In this document: positions 24,005 to 37,252 of the stretch, piece by piece
How positions within the stretch are numbered: position 1 is the stretch's first letter
Layout of the letters: every line of letters starts with the position of its first letter
NCBI GenBank assembly: GCA_951406725.2
Contig: OX597826.1
Span: forward strand, 77,438,001 to 77,502,000
DNA length: 64,000 nucleotides
Reading direction: 5' to 3'
Source: Octopus vulgaris
Lineage: Eukaryota
Notes under the pieces: model-generated
What the model saw: only the letters and a program-made list of their open reading frames with translations
Database searches by the model: none
Told to the model about the DNA's origin: nothing
Program-made: the position numbers and the translations under genes

Positions 24005-24090
24005 TACGTGTGTGTGCGCGCCCCTATGTTTTTGAGTTGTACGCACATGGCTCTGTATTTGTCTCCCACCACATATAGATAGATAGACGA

Positions 24091-24134
<44 letters not shown>

Positions 24135-24510
24135 AGAGGAGTAGGTGTGTGTGTGTGCATTTGTTTACGTACCACATGGTTCCGGGTTCAGTTCCGCTGC
24201 GTGACACTTTGGCCAAGTGTCAGCAATGATAGCCTCGGACTGACCAAAGTCTTGCGAGTGGATTTGGTAGACGAAAACTGAAAGAAGCCCGTCTTATATC
24301 TATGTGTTTGTGTGTGTGTGTGTGTGTGTGCTTGTCCTCCACCACTACTTGACGACCGGTGTTAGTATGTATACGTCCCTGTAACTTAGTGGTTCGGCAA
24401 AAAAAATCACCAAAAAAGAGTACTGCGATTGAGCCATTCAACTAAACATTTTTCAGGGCGGTGCCCCAGCATGGCCGTAGTCTTATGACAGAAACTAGAA
24501 AGAGATAAAA
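23803..24510 (+). mobile_element. Two CORE-like tRNA-SINE copies (23803-23960 and 24170-24510) separated by (TA)n/(TG)n
   Basis: Match the family at 757-1520 and 25731-26126. Confidence 0.8.
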
Positions 24511-25069
24511 TAAAAGATGCGAAACAGGTTTCTGATCAAAACATAAACTTTTCCTTCTTCTTCTTCTTCATGATGTATCTCACGTTTTGCCGCCACTGGC
24601 CTACCTTCACAAGTTCCTTTGGATTCTTCTGTTTCATTAAATAACTCAACTTTTTTCGGTTTGAATGACATAAAACAGAATTCACTTAGTGTTTCACGGT
24701 CGAGTGGGTTTTGTTGTAGGAAGGGCATCTAGCTTTGAAAGCAATTGTTCCGACGAATAAATAAAACGAAATAAGCCAGAACAAAAATTGCTCCACCCAT
24801 GCAGGACAGCGGAGCAGAAACTACTTACACACATAAACACACACATACACACACACACCACTTACACACAAACCATCTCTACTCATGGAATCGATCGATC
24901 GATCCTCGGTAGACAGGTCGATTTGCTTCGTCGTGCCCAGAGCATTTAACCAACCAAACACAAGTATTGTCTTCAAAACGACTTTATCAAATATTTATAA
25001 AGAAGGAATAAATGAACTCGTGGAGTGGAATATATTCTTTTCACAGATCAAAAGATTTCTCTCTCCCCA

Positions 25070-25106
<37 letters not shown>

Positions 25107-25730
25107 GTGTGTATATGTGTGTATGCGTGCATGTGGGTGTGTGTGTGTGTGCACCTTTAATGGTTCCCGAATAACAACTGTTAACAGGCCAAAGAAAGGG
25201 ATGAGTGATAAACGGTTTAACAGCGAGTTCTCAGAATCTCTACTCCTGAATCCGTTCTGGAAACAAAAGTCTTAAAATTTGTCAAATGCATAGAGATGGG
25301 TTAGCTGAGTGTATAAAGTACTAAAGATCAAATCCAGGCAGAGGTTCCTTGTTTCTGAACAGAACCCATTATTCTACCTCACCTCAGCATCCGATATTTG
25401 TGTTTAAGTTAACATCCTAGCCAGCCTCTGATTGGTCTTCCTTCACTTAATGTCGGGTAACTCAAGTAAAGCGCTTAAAATGTCTCCCCTCCCTTGGACG
25501 TGTAAAACAATTACATGTTCCAAACTTTTGTCAAATTAACAGGAAATGCGAGTATTCCTTTGATTATCTGTGGTACATTTTTCTTCATTTCAACCATTTG
25601 CCTATGCTGTATACTACATGATACACAGAACTTATTTCCCGGGTATCCATGCATCATATTTGATACACATTCCCAATTTTGTTTTTCAAACACAAGAATA
25701 ACTTGGGACGTATGAAAAGAAAGATTTATA

Positions 25731-26126
25731 ACCAACCACAGGGTTCCGGGTTCAATTCCACTGCGTGGAACCTTCGACAAGTGTCCTCTACTATAGCCTC
25801 GGGCCGACCAAAGCCTTGTGAGTGGATTTGGTAGACGGAAACTGAAAGAAGCCCGTCGTATATATGTATATATAGATAGATAGATAGATATGTATGTATG
25901 TATATTTGCGTATATGTTTGTGTGTCTGTTTTTGTCCCCACCCAACATCGCTTGACAACCGATGCTGGTGTGTTTACGTCCCCGTAACTTAGCGGTTCGG
26001 CAAAAGAGACCGATAGAATAAGTACTAGGCTTACAAAGTATGTCCTGGGGCCGATTTGCTTAACTAAAGGCGGTGCTCCAGCATGGCCGCAGTCAAATGA
26101 CTGAAACAAGTAAATGAGTAAAAGAG
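25731..26126 (+). mobile_element. CORE-like tRNA-SINE, nearly complete
   Basis: GGTTCAATTCCACTGCGTGGAACCTTCGACAAGTG..(TA)n..GGCGGTGCTCCAGCATGGCCGCAGTCAAATGACTGAAACAAGTAAA. Confidence 0.9.
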
Positions 26127-26540
26127 TTGCAGGGTTGATATAGAAAATAGTTCTCCAGCATGGGCATAGTTCATTGGCTACAATATTATGATAGTATTCC
26201 ATATATAGTAAAGGCATAAACGTCACGAGGTCTTATTTACCTAAAACACAAATACATAACTTAACGAGCCAAGGAGGGGCCCTCTACATGCCCGCCCGAA
26301 ATGCTAGACAACTAGCCAACACACACACACACACACACACTCTCTCTCTCTCTCTCTGAATAAAACATGCTGGAAAATGTAGTCTTCGATGTACCGTTCC
26401 ATGGAGCAAGATGGGATGGTCACTGTTAGAAAACCTTCGATAACAGATCTGCTGTACCAGGTCTACTCTGGGTTTAAATGACGTGTAATTTTGTCGGTAT
26501 GTAAATTGTTTGTGCGCATATATATATATATATATATATA

Positions 26541-28050
26541 TTTGTAGTTTCAGCTCAGGGCTGTGGCCATGCTGGGGTGCCGCCGTTTTGCTACACTGTT
26601 ATTACTGAGAGCCTCCTCTAATATGTGGCACTTGGTGAAGAATGGAGTTTGATGTCGCTACTTTCATTTGCACTTCTTGCCGTGAGGTAGGTTAATCTGG
26701 GACTCTCGACAGGAAGAGATCGAGTTTTGACTTGAAAACGCCTACATCCACTTTGTGCAGGTTCCTCAGGCTCTTTGGTAGCCTGAAACCCAGGCTGTTG
26801 CAGTAACTGATCCTGAAGCGCATTGGTGTAGCTTTCAATGCCAAAATTTGGCACAATTCCTTCCAGGATCTTCCAGATGTATATTACAGCATGCCTCTCC
26901 TGCCTTCGCTCTATGGAGTACAGTCTTAGCTGTTTCAGCCTTTCCCAGTAGCTGAGCTGTTGCAATGAGACAATCTTCTTTGTGAAGCTTCACTGGATTG
27001 CTTCAAGATCCGCTGTTAATTTTACACTTTTGGGTGACCATAGCTGGGAGCAGTAATCTAGGAGGCTGTTGACGAAAGTCCTCCAGACGACCATCATGGT
27101 TTCCTTTTCTCTGGTTCTGAATGTTCTCAAGATCCATCCAGCAAGTCGTCTGCACTTTGTCGCCATCTTGGTAATGTGCACTTGGAAAGAGGTGTCATCA
27201 CTCCTATCGATACCCAGGCCCTTTCAATGATTTTGGCTTTGGGATTTAATCTCCTGTAGACCAGTGTACCCTGTAAGCTTCATATTCAGTTTTGGACGCT
27301 AGTAGCGCAGGGCTTGGAATTTTTCAGCATTGAACTGCATATTATTATCCTCATCCCATCTGTAAATTGAGTCCAACTCCTGCTGCAGATGTGCAACATC
27401 GCTGGAGTTCTGTATTTTCTGCGAGGCTTTCGTATCATCTGCGTAGCTAGCAAGAATGGCTATCTGGGCAGTTGAGGACATATCTGAGATGGCCACTATG
27501 AAAAGCAGTGGTCCCAGGACAGTACCCTGTGAAAAACCGCTCGCTATTTGTTTTTATTGACGTGGCTCCATTAACCACTACTGCCTGACTCCTATCCCTC
27601 AAAAAGTCATGTAACCACTCTCCAAATTTTCCAGCTATGCCGAGATCAGGCAATTTGTGGCATATCATACCATGATCCACTTTATCAAAAGCTTTTTGCA
27701 AAATCAAGGTATATTACGTCCACATTTGAGTTGTTGAGTAACTGCCGCAACACCCAATCATAATGTTGTAAGAGTTGGATCATGCAGCTCCTACCTGGTC
27801 GAAAGCCGTGCTGGGCATCACTCGGCAAGTTATTTTCTACAAGGAATGCGATGAGTTTCCCTCTGACTATCCGTTCCATGACTTTGCTGTTGTGTGAAGC
27901 CAGAGAGATAGGTCTATAGTTTTTGACATCTGCTCTGCTTCCCCATTTATGGATTGGGCACATTATTCCCCACTTCAGCTTGCTTGGCAGCCTGCCATTT
28001 GCAAGAAAGCTCTTGAAGAGAATCTGGAGGGGTTTCCCCAGGGCACGCTT
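26541..28050 (-). mobile_element. CR1/L2-group LINE, 5'-truncated, with frameshifted reverse transcriptase and 3' tail
   Basis: KNYRPISLASH..QHGFRPGRSC..VDVIYLDF/KAFDKVDHG..YADDTK..NNMQFNAEKF..LDYCSQLWSP..LSYWERLKQLRLYS. Confidence 0.95.
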
Positions 28051-28515
28051 ACACGATTTGCCAGAGTAATCGTGAGCGGACATATATACCTTCTAGGACT
28101 CTTTACCCTTTATTCTGGATGTGACAATTGAAAGATGAGAGGGAGCTGTACTCGCACCCGACTGCCACTTATATGAGTAGTTTGGGTCCATATGAAATGA
28201 TGTGCTTTGCCCAGTCGATCCGATTACTTTACAATCGTGAGCCAGTCTCTCTGACCGCTAGACCACGTGGTTCACTCACCAATACAAGCACGCACGCATG
28301 TGTGTGCTTGTATATATAATACGTAAGCACTGTATTGCCGTATAGTTAAGAGTTCGATACATACGAGGTGCCAGGGTCTATCCAGCTGCGTGACATCATG
28401 AGTAAATGTTATTTTCTATATCCTCGAGTCGACCAAGTTATGTGTTGAAGAAAACTGTAGAGAAACCTGCGGTGTAGATTGCTCGATTCATTTCAAACGA
28501 ATGATCACAGACTCT

Positions 28516-28925
28516 TTCTTATTTCTTTATTGCCTACAAGGGGCTAAAAATGGAGGAGACAAGCAAAGACAAAGGGATTAAATCGATTACATCGACCCCA
28601 ATACGTAACGGGTATTTAATTTATCGACCCCGAAGGGATGGAAGGCAAAGTTGACCTCGGCGGAATTTGAACTCAGAACATAGCGGCATACCTATTTCTT
28701 TACTACCTACGAGGGGCTAAACACAGAGAGGACAAACACGGACAGACAAAGGGATTAAGTCGATTATATCGACCCCAGTACACAACTGGTACTTAATTTA
28801 TCCACCCCGAAAGGATGAAAGGCAAAGTCGACCTCGGCGGAATTTGAACTCAGAATGTAACGGCAGACGAAATACCGTTTAGCATTTCGCCCGGCGCGCT
28901 AACGTTTCTTCTAGCTCACCGCCTT
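28516..28925 (-). mobile_element. Tandem pair of Nin-domain SINEs
   Basis: 28516-28690 (truncated) and 28693-28925 (full). Confidence 0.85.
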
Positions 28926-29313
28926 CATCACAGACTCTTTCTGTTGATCGAATTAAGTTCCAAAACCTCTCAAGACTGTCGAGCGGCATTCTACTGAAGC
29001 GGGCAAAAAAAGTTAAAACCTTGCTGTTATAAGCACAAACACGGTTTTGTGGTTGAGCCCGCTTTACAAATAGAAATTTCGGGTTCAGTCCCGCTGTGCG
29101 CTGCCTTGGACAAGTGCCTTCTGCTATAGCTCCGAGCCGACCGGCGGCTTGTGAGAGAATTTGGTAGACAAGAACTGTGTGGAAGGCGGTCGTTTGTGTG
29201 TGTGTGCGTGTGCATACTTATCAATATTTGGCAGCAGTAATAGTGACTCAAGGGTCGAGAGTTTTGTGCATTAGCTTTCATCAAACCGACAGATAGATAG
29301 ATATAATGTATGT

Positions 29314-29434
29314 ATGTTTTTTTAATGAAACTGGAAACGAGATTTTGTTTCATGATTCGAGTCTTACGCCACTGCGATCTTCATGTAAAACACGCCTGAA
29401 GATCGCAGTGGCGTGAAACTAGAATCTCGAGACA

Positions 29435-29507
<73 letters not shown>

Positions 29508-29532
29508 GATTTCAGTTTCAATGAAAAATATG
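29314..29532. repeat. Nested inverted repeat containing a hammerhead-like core, interrupted by (TC)n
   Basis: Perfect 18-bp arms 29366-29383 and 29397-29414; outer imperfect arms 29314-29341 and 29505-29532. Confidence 0.8.
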
Positions 29533-29619
29533 TCTTCTACATGTACCCAGCCCTCGTTTCTCTTTCTTTAAACATTAAACAACGCGGACGTGCATGTTTC
29601 TGTGTTTGTATGGGTATTT

Positions 29620-29939
29620 ATTCTTTTATTATTTTGCTTGTTTCGGTCATTAGACTGCGGCCATGCTGTGGCACAGCCTTGAAGTATTTTAGTCGAATGA
29701 ATCGACCCCAGTACTTTTTTCTTAATTTTTTTAAGCTTGGTACCGAAACGCTAGGTTACGGGGATGTAAATACACACACACACACACATACACATATATA
29801 TACACACATACATATATATACGACGGGCTTTTCAGTTCCGTCTACCAAATCCACTCATAAGGCTTTGGTCGGCCTGGGGCTATAGTTGAAGCCACTCGCC
29901 CAAGGTGTCACGCAGTGGGACCACACAGCCACGCCTGTA

Positions 29940-29990
<51 letters not shown>

Positions 29991-30198
29991 TATTGTGCGT
30001 GTCTTTGTGTCCCACCGCTTGACAATTGGATGTTGTTTGTTCACGTTATCGTAACTTAGCCGCTCGGCAAAGGGGTTCTACGGAATAAGTACCAGACTCT
30101 GAAAATACGCTCTCGTTTCGATTAGATCGACTAAACTCATCAAAGTGTTGCTCCAGCATGGCCACAGTATAATGACCGAAACAGGTAAAAGAATAAAA
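29620..30198. mobile_element. CORE-like SINE fragments (29620-29935 on -, 30000-30198 on +)
   Basis: Match to 25731-26126 with deletions. Confidence 0.75.
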
Positions 30199-31014
30199 TG
30201 CATTCATACAAAGAAAATGTGATGGATTCGCATTATATTCGAGATTGCGTGCTACACGAGTGAACAGAGCATCGCGTTGCAGTTCCTCGCTTCTGGTAGT
30301 CTCGAAGACAACTGTCTTGAGATTACGCAGCATATTTTGTTTAAAAAAATGGTTTCTTTATTATTTTTTTTTTGTCCAAGGTAGATAACCGTGCTTCACT
30401 TTTTATACGTAAAAGATTAACTTTTTCTCAACAACAACAACAACAACAAAAAAGGCAGAATTTTGTATTCATTTATTTATTTTATTTATTTATTTTATTA
30501 ATTTATTAATCTCTGCACCAACTTTTTAAAATAAAAAAAAATGAATGAATGCATAATTAATTTCATTTTATTTTTTATTTATTTATTTTTTTTTTGTTTC
30601 CTTTGTCTCATCACAACAAACGGTGTGGAAGTGGGGGGGTGGGGCGGAGAGAAAATAAATAACGATGGAGACCTGTTTGACATAAAAGGTTTACTGTTGT
30701 AAGGGATTTTAGAGTGAAGCCTGCAAACAAACAAACAAAATTTCATTGTATTTTGTTTTCAAGTGTCTGTGTGTCTGTATGCGATGTTGATGGTAGGAGT
30801 AGTTGTAGGAGACGTTACTGATAAAACCGACCTGTAATTTCCTCCTAACAGTAAATATTACTTTAAAATTTTAAAAAAAAAATATAAATAATGAACATTG
30901 CTGGCGGCGGTGGAGATGGCGGCGCTGGTGGCGCTGTTATTACCCCTTATTTTTTTGTCGAATCTTTTATACACCCTTCCACGAAAACAGCTCCAGTTCC
31001 CATCACTTCCTCAC

Positions 31015-31048
31015 TCTCTGATGAAGGACAAACGTTTGAAACGTAAGA
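31015..31048 (+). ncRNA. Minimal hammerhead motif with intact core and weakened stems
   Basis: TCT-CTGATGA-A-GGAC-AAAC-GTTT-GAAA-CGT-A-AGA. Confidence 0.55.
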
Positions 31049-31952
31049 TCTTTCACTCCTCTCAACAACTGAGTTCATCAAACTTCATGAAACTTCCAAT
31101 AATTACTCGTGGTGGTGGTGGTGGCTGTGGTGGCTGTGGCAGGGGTTGTCATCCCAATCAATATATTACGTTTTACACACACACACACACACACAAAGTA
31201 CGAATGGAAGGCTAAATAAAATAAAACTATATGTAGCAAATATTGTATTAAAATAGTAATTAACAGCGGTGGTAGTGTTGGGGCAGTCGTAGAATATTAT
31301 TTTCATGATTAAACAACCTCCATTCCGAACATCCCCTTCAAAATTCCCCACACCAGGTTGAAGTATAGCAACAGAAATTATTAGTTGATGATGATGATGA
31401 TGATGACGATGATGATTGTTAAAGAAATTAACTTTAACGAGTGGCTAAAATTCCTTATTTTGCGGCTTTCCATTTCAGATTGCAAAAACCTCACAGTTCC
31501 CTTGCATGAGACGCTAGTACTACAAGTACTACAAGAGACTTTTCTTTAGGAAAAGCATGATCCCTATTCAGGGAAGCGTGAAACTGATAGACTGCTGTTT
31601 TGTCTATTACTAGCACCTCTTCCTGTTCCACCAGAAGAAATTCTTGAATTGGTGGTAAACATTTTTTTTTTTTTATGATTATTGTTCTGTTTAATACGTC
31701 TACACCATTTAATGATTTAGACGATATTGCTTTTGATGCATTTAGATTTTTTCTCTGAACATTCTGAGAATAAATCCCCGCTGGAGCTACTTTTTCTGGG
31801 CTTAATAAACTCAAGTGCCGGGGTCCACTTGATCAACTGTTCCCTTCATGAAAATACGTGACTTCAAGCATATGCTAGAAATCAATAATCAATGACCCAT
31901 TCATCCGACGCCTCTGTGGCAATAATAATAATAATAATAATTATTATTATTA

Positions 31953-31992
<40 letters not shown>

Positions 31993-32640
31993 CATTATTA
32001 TTATTCTGGGGTCGATAAAATAAGTTCCAGTTGAACACTGGAATGGATGTAATCGACTCGGCCCTCTCCTCCAAAATTTCAAGCCTTGTACCTACAGTAG
32101 AAAAAATTGTTGCTGCTGTTGTTGTGGTGGTTGTTTTTGTTGTTGTTAAGGTGGTGTATTTCAAAAACTATAGAAAACTGGACAACATGGTTTGCCATAT
32201 TTAAGTCCTGAATTCAAATGTTTCGGTTATTGATTTTGCTTTTCATTATTCCCGGGTCAGTAAAATAAATGCCAGTCACGTGTAGCAATGAACCAATATT
32301 AAAAACAATTCTAATAATCAACAGAACTCGTATATACATCAGGATTCAGTTATATTCAATAGAATTAATTCAGATGAGCAGAGGGCAGTGGTTGTGCTGG
32401 ATCAGGAAACTTTAGATAGGACCTCCTAAGTTCTAATTCTATCATGGTTAGCTTTACCTTTCACTTTTTTAAGTCGACAAAAAATAGGTACCAGAATATA
32501 TTTGCTGCCAGTTCAGAAATTCTTATCATTGACTTTGCCTTTCATCTGTTAGGGATCGACAGAACCTTTGTATCAGTCAAAACCAGTGGTCAGTCTCTCC
32601 CTCTCTTCAACAAATACTCAGACTTGTGCCTATATCAGAA

Positions 32641-32672
<32 letters not shown>

Positions 32673-33159
32673 GAATGTTGTTGAAGAGTGCTGAATTTTT
32701 CAGGATTTTCTCAAAAAACTAGATATTTATTTAAAGTATTTTTTTTTCATTTTATAAACAAGTGACTTCGAAATGTTTGCACTTCTAGAATACATTTTAA
32801 TATAATACGGCCTTCTACGAAAACGGGAAGATGTGCGAATAACATTTTTCAAACTATGAACACATTATTTTTTAAAAAGTGAAAATGCTTAACATGCAAA
32901 TGCAGAAAACACTTACATTTTAACAAATGAAAAAAATAACGAAATTTCTAATAACGTTAATGGCGGTATCAATAATTTTTCTAACGTTGCTAATCACAGT
33001 AAGGTATCGATATAGGTCAACCTCCTGAAGAAGAAAAAAGAAGACAGATGTGTTACAAAGGATAGTGCTTCCTTGCCTACAAAATAAGACGAAAAGTACG
33101 GCAAGAGTGTACCCTTAAGTAGCGTACCTTTACATTTCCAAATGAAGTTTTCATATACC

Positions 33160-33391
33160 TATTTCTTTACTGTCCACAAGGGGCTACACACACAGGGGAC
33201 AAACAAGGACAAACAAACGGATTAAGTCGATTATATCGACCCCAGTGCATAAATGGTACTTCATTTATCGACCCCGAAAGGATGAAAGGCAAAGTCGACC
33301 TGGGTGGAATTTGAACTCAGAACGTAAAGACAGACGAATTACCGCTAAGCATTTCGCCCGGCGTGCTAACGTTTCTGCCAGCTCCCCGCCT
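33160..33391 (-). mobile_element. Full-length Nin-domain SINE
   Basis: Reverse complement match to 10937-11167. Confidence 0.9.
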
Positions 33392-33429
33392 TTTTCATAT
33401 ACCTATAAAGGAACAGCGGGAAGAAATCC

Positions 33430-34600
33430 TAGCCGAAGTGTATTCCATTGACCAAAGTTAATCCAATGGAAACATCTGCCCGGTCTTTAAGAACGTTGTG
33501 AGACAGCAGGCAGTATCGGTATTTCACACACTTAACCATAGGCCGGTACTTCAGTATATAGTGAAATGGTTGGTCATCAGCTTTACAGTAGAGTCAGAGT
33601 AGATTGTGAGTTCGGGGGTAACACGAAATGATAAACTGATGAGCAAGTTTTAATTATACTTCTCCTCTTCCTCCGAAGACCATGAAGCTAATCAAATGTA
33701 AGGGTAGAGAGGAAAGCCGTTAGAATGGTGGTTCGAGATCGCAAGGCTAGTTGCAGTATGTATGGCATTCAAGATCGACGTGAATGTCTTCCGTTGCAGT
33801 GGAGCAAAGGAAGGCATAAGAGAAAGAGAGAGAACAAAGAAACATCGACAACAGTAGACTGAAGAAATTACTGGTTGTGAAGCACCATCATTTACAACTC
33901 CAAGAATGTAAGAAAAAAAATCCCCCTCGTTGTTACTGCTAGGAACAGGGAATGGGAAAACTGATCCCACCCCCGTCATCTCATTGTCTTCCAATGATGA
34001 GGAAGAAAATGAAGATTTGAGAAGAGTAGTAATCTGTCTGGGACAGTAAAGAAATGAGGCCAGGCCGTGGCAAGTGCTACAAGAAGAGAAAAAGATAACT
34101 CCCTGGGAAATGATGGGAAGATCCAGTGAAGAGTTGAGGAATCACCTAAGCCGTTTGAAACAGGATGGAGGAGGGGAATATGGCAATTGAGGCGGGAATA
34201 TGAGGTCAGATTTTGTAGAGCATTGACATAAACACTTACTGCTCGCGAAAATTCAGTCGGAACCACATCTAAATCTATCCAGATGGCATGGCTGGATTCA
34301 AGCCTTGTCCAACACAGAATGTCCATGGATATTTTCAGAAGTTCTAGCTTCCTACTTGAATCATGGTGTGTGGGGAGACTAAAGCCAAGCCATGTGGCGG
34401 TTTCTCACCCGCACCTGAATAGATTGCCTTCATTTGCTATCATTTCTGTTTTATACGTTTTTATTTTGCTTATTTATTCCTCTATTTCTGTTTTGTCCAG
34501 ACTTTTTAATGTCTTTAAACACTGTGTAATAAATTTGTACCTCACAGTTAATTTTTATATAAGTGTGTACTCACTATATATCTTGTAGCCATCTTCTTTG
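33430..34600 (+). mobile_element. Decayed coding-like relic, possibly a Tx1-type ORF1 with a zinc knuckle
   Basis: VRMVVRDRKASCSMYGIQDRRECL (~33718-33790) resembles a degenerate CCHC knuckle; purine-rich body followed by a T-rich 3' region. Confidence 0.3.
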
Positions 34601-34645
34601 TAACATGTTCTACTGTTGAATGGGGCCCCTGTGGCAAATCAACTA

Positions 34646-34692
<47 letters not shown>

Positions 34693-35082
34693 ACTTGAGT
34701 GATTCTTTATCGACCATGAAAGGATGAAGCGCAAAGTTGACCTTGCTGAGAGTAGAACTCAGAAGGTAAATAATAATTGCTTTTAACAGAGGCAAAAGAC
34801 CATAAATTTAAAGAATGAAAAACAAAGCCGATCTCGGTAGGATTTGAACTCAGAACGTAAAAACTGAAAATACTGCAAAGTACTTTGCATTTATGCCTTT
34901 AATACATTTTTCCCCCTAATAATAGTGGTAATGTTATTTAAATAATGATGGAAGAAAATTACTAACGATAAAATAAAGGAAAACATCGGTCGTGAAATGG
35001 CATTGATGGTGCAAACCGTGCTTGTATTAGCTACAGAGAGGAGGCCCTTAAGGTAAGGTTTTGTTTGTAGACGTAAAAATCC

Positions 35083-35301
35083 TTAACCCATTAAGTCCCA
35101 GAGTTCTTAAATTTCTAAACTTTAAAATTTTTACAGATGATTGAAAATAGGTTAAAATGAAAAAATTAATTATTAAAACTCCTTTACTTCAAGTAGAAAT
35201 AGAAATACTTAGTGTCCTATAAATAGGACACTGAGACAATGTGATATAGCTTATTTAATGTTCTCATTTAGTGTCCTATTTATAGGACAGTGGGACTTAA
35301 T
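35083..35301. mobile_element. piggyBac-like MITE relic
   Basis: TTAA-CCCATTAAGTCCCA ... TGGGACTTAAT; internal palindromes AGTGTCCTATAAATAGGACACT and TGTCCTATTTATAGGACA. Confidence 0.55.
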
Positions 35302-35519
35302 ACAATAATAGGTGCATTAACTAAATATAATATTTGGTGTATACAATATCTGGTGTGTAAAATTTACACTCCCTATTCCCGATACCCACTAGATCAGACC
35401 TGCAAAATGTTGGGTAGAATCAGAACCTTCAACAAATGGTTAGTTTTGTATTTAGGTCTTCACTTAACCAATTTATGTTTCAAGATCTAAACGCAGGTTC
35501 CCTCTGGGTTTAAAACTTG

Positions 35520-35672
35520 AAACGCCAAGTTCGGCGCTAAAAGTTTGTTGACAGAATAGCTTTACGGAAAGATTTTTTGAAAACCTGTTTATGCTCGCGT
35601 TGTTCTGCAGGCCTGGTCAGTACTGTAAGTTATGGTCATTCTAAAATTATTTAGGAAAATTTAAGGTGAGAA
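35520..35672 (+). promoter_or_regulatory. Candidate promoter or non-coding first exon with splice donors
   Basis: CpG-retaining unique sequence; donors ACT|GTAAGT (35625) and AAG|GTGAGA (35666); CpG-depleted domain begins ~1 kb downstream. Confidence 0.3.
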
Positions 35673-36292
35673 TATTATTTCCCTCTTAAATTGTTAAAAT
35701 AGGAGGAGCAATATTGAACTAACTAAATTGCTATATTGAGCAAGCTGAACGAATATGCAGAAGATTGTTGGTTTAAGATTTTCTTGGTATTTAAATGGGT
35801 CAAACTATAAGAAAAGGCATGAATGATGGGCTTTACACATTTATTTGGGCATCGCAGACTTACAGCTGTTTCTGATATGCGTTCAGAATTCCGTTTTCTT
35901 AATCGGTCGACAGATCGATTGAAAACAGTGAACGACCTTTACAAATACTATCATCTTCGGAGTTCGCATAGCAAATGCCAAAGTAAACAAAAATAATATT
36001 AAAGATATGAAAACGGGAGCGAAGATTATATAATCGGTCATCTCTGACCCCTGTACCTGGAAGGGTTGTCGGAGTAGAGTCTTTAGACACCTCCATCATA
36101 GAATCCTGTCAGATGCAACCATCATTACACTTTCCAGTTCTAATTGGATGTCCGACCAACCGAGACTGTGGATATTGTGTCCTACTTCAAAGGTTACAAT
36201 TTTCAAAATGCTTCATCTGAAGAATAGTTTAGCTGGGTACAGAATCACCAAATAGTGCGTACGCGCGCATTCATATATATATATATATATAT

Positions 36293-36449
36293 AGTTAATC
36301 CAAACAAGAATAGTATTATTGGACGCAAAGGAAAGAAGGAGGGTTTAACGTTTCGAGCGGAGCTCTTCGTCGGAAACATAGGAGAAGGAAAGATCCAGAG
36401 AAGGGAAGACAGAGGAAAAAAAATCGCCAACGGTACACACGAGGTCACA
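36293..36449 (-). mobile_element. Short hammerhead-bearing element inserted in (TA)n (Penelope-like terminal fragment)
   Basis: 36343-36377 reverse: GTTT-CCGACGA-A-GAGC-TCC-GCTC-GAAA-CGT-T-AAAC; (TA)n on both sides. Confidence 0.7.
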
Positions 36450-37252
36450 TTATATATATATATATGAACCTTTGCTGTGCAATTTTAGTTCATCTAAGCG
36501 AGATGTTTAATCACCGAGCCTAGTATTTGGTGCTCATGTATGTGTGCCCATGAACTGTTTGCCAGTCTCTGAAACAGAGCTAGGAAAGGTCTGGGAACCT
36601 GCAAACGTTACAAAGAATATTTAAGCAACAGCTTATATAAAAACTTTCTAGAATATATTTTGCATTGCAGCACCATTCAAATTTTATTGTCTTCGAGAAT
36701 CAGACATGAATGATACGATAGTTTTAATACAAGATACAAAATCATGTTTTGTTTTTTGTTTTATTTGGAAAGTTTGGTTGCTATCATTATTTAGCTCCAG
36801 GTTAGTATTGCTTGACCAGACTAGGGTCAAAAGCCTCCTAGCAGTGACCATTTTGCCTTTATGTTGGGCATACAGGTTTAACTTCAGGCCACACTGTCTT
36901 ACATCTTTTTTAACAAAAAAGACAAGTTATTTGAGAGAGAATGGATCTTATTTCTAACAGATCGAATGAACACGTAGGGAGTTCCTTTAGTCCACCCCTT
37001 TCGTGCTAGAGTCAGGGTGCTTGTTTGTAAGAATTTCCCTGCTGTATTTAGCTGTGCTTGGAATATGGAAATATCTAATCCCAACACTTTTGGGAAGAGA
37101 TTAAGGACTCCATTTAAGAAGGAGGCGATTTCAGTTTTTGCGTTAACACTTTTCCCATGGAAAACTTGCACAGCCTCCCCCAATATGTTAGTGTGGGATT
37201 TAGGATTTGTTTTAGCTTGGTAAATGATACTGTGAGGTCAGCCCTGAGACTG

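Noticed and set aside
35850-36250. Complex unique block that might be a coding exon
   Set aside because: No recognisable protein emerged in the frames I translated, and no consistent splice pair.
36899-37183. 94-aa ORF weakly like a LINE C-terminus
   Set aside because: The similarity is too weak to call by eye.
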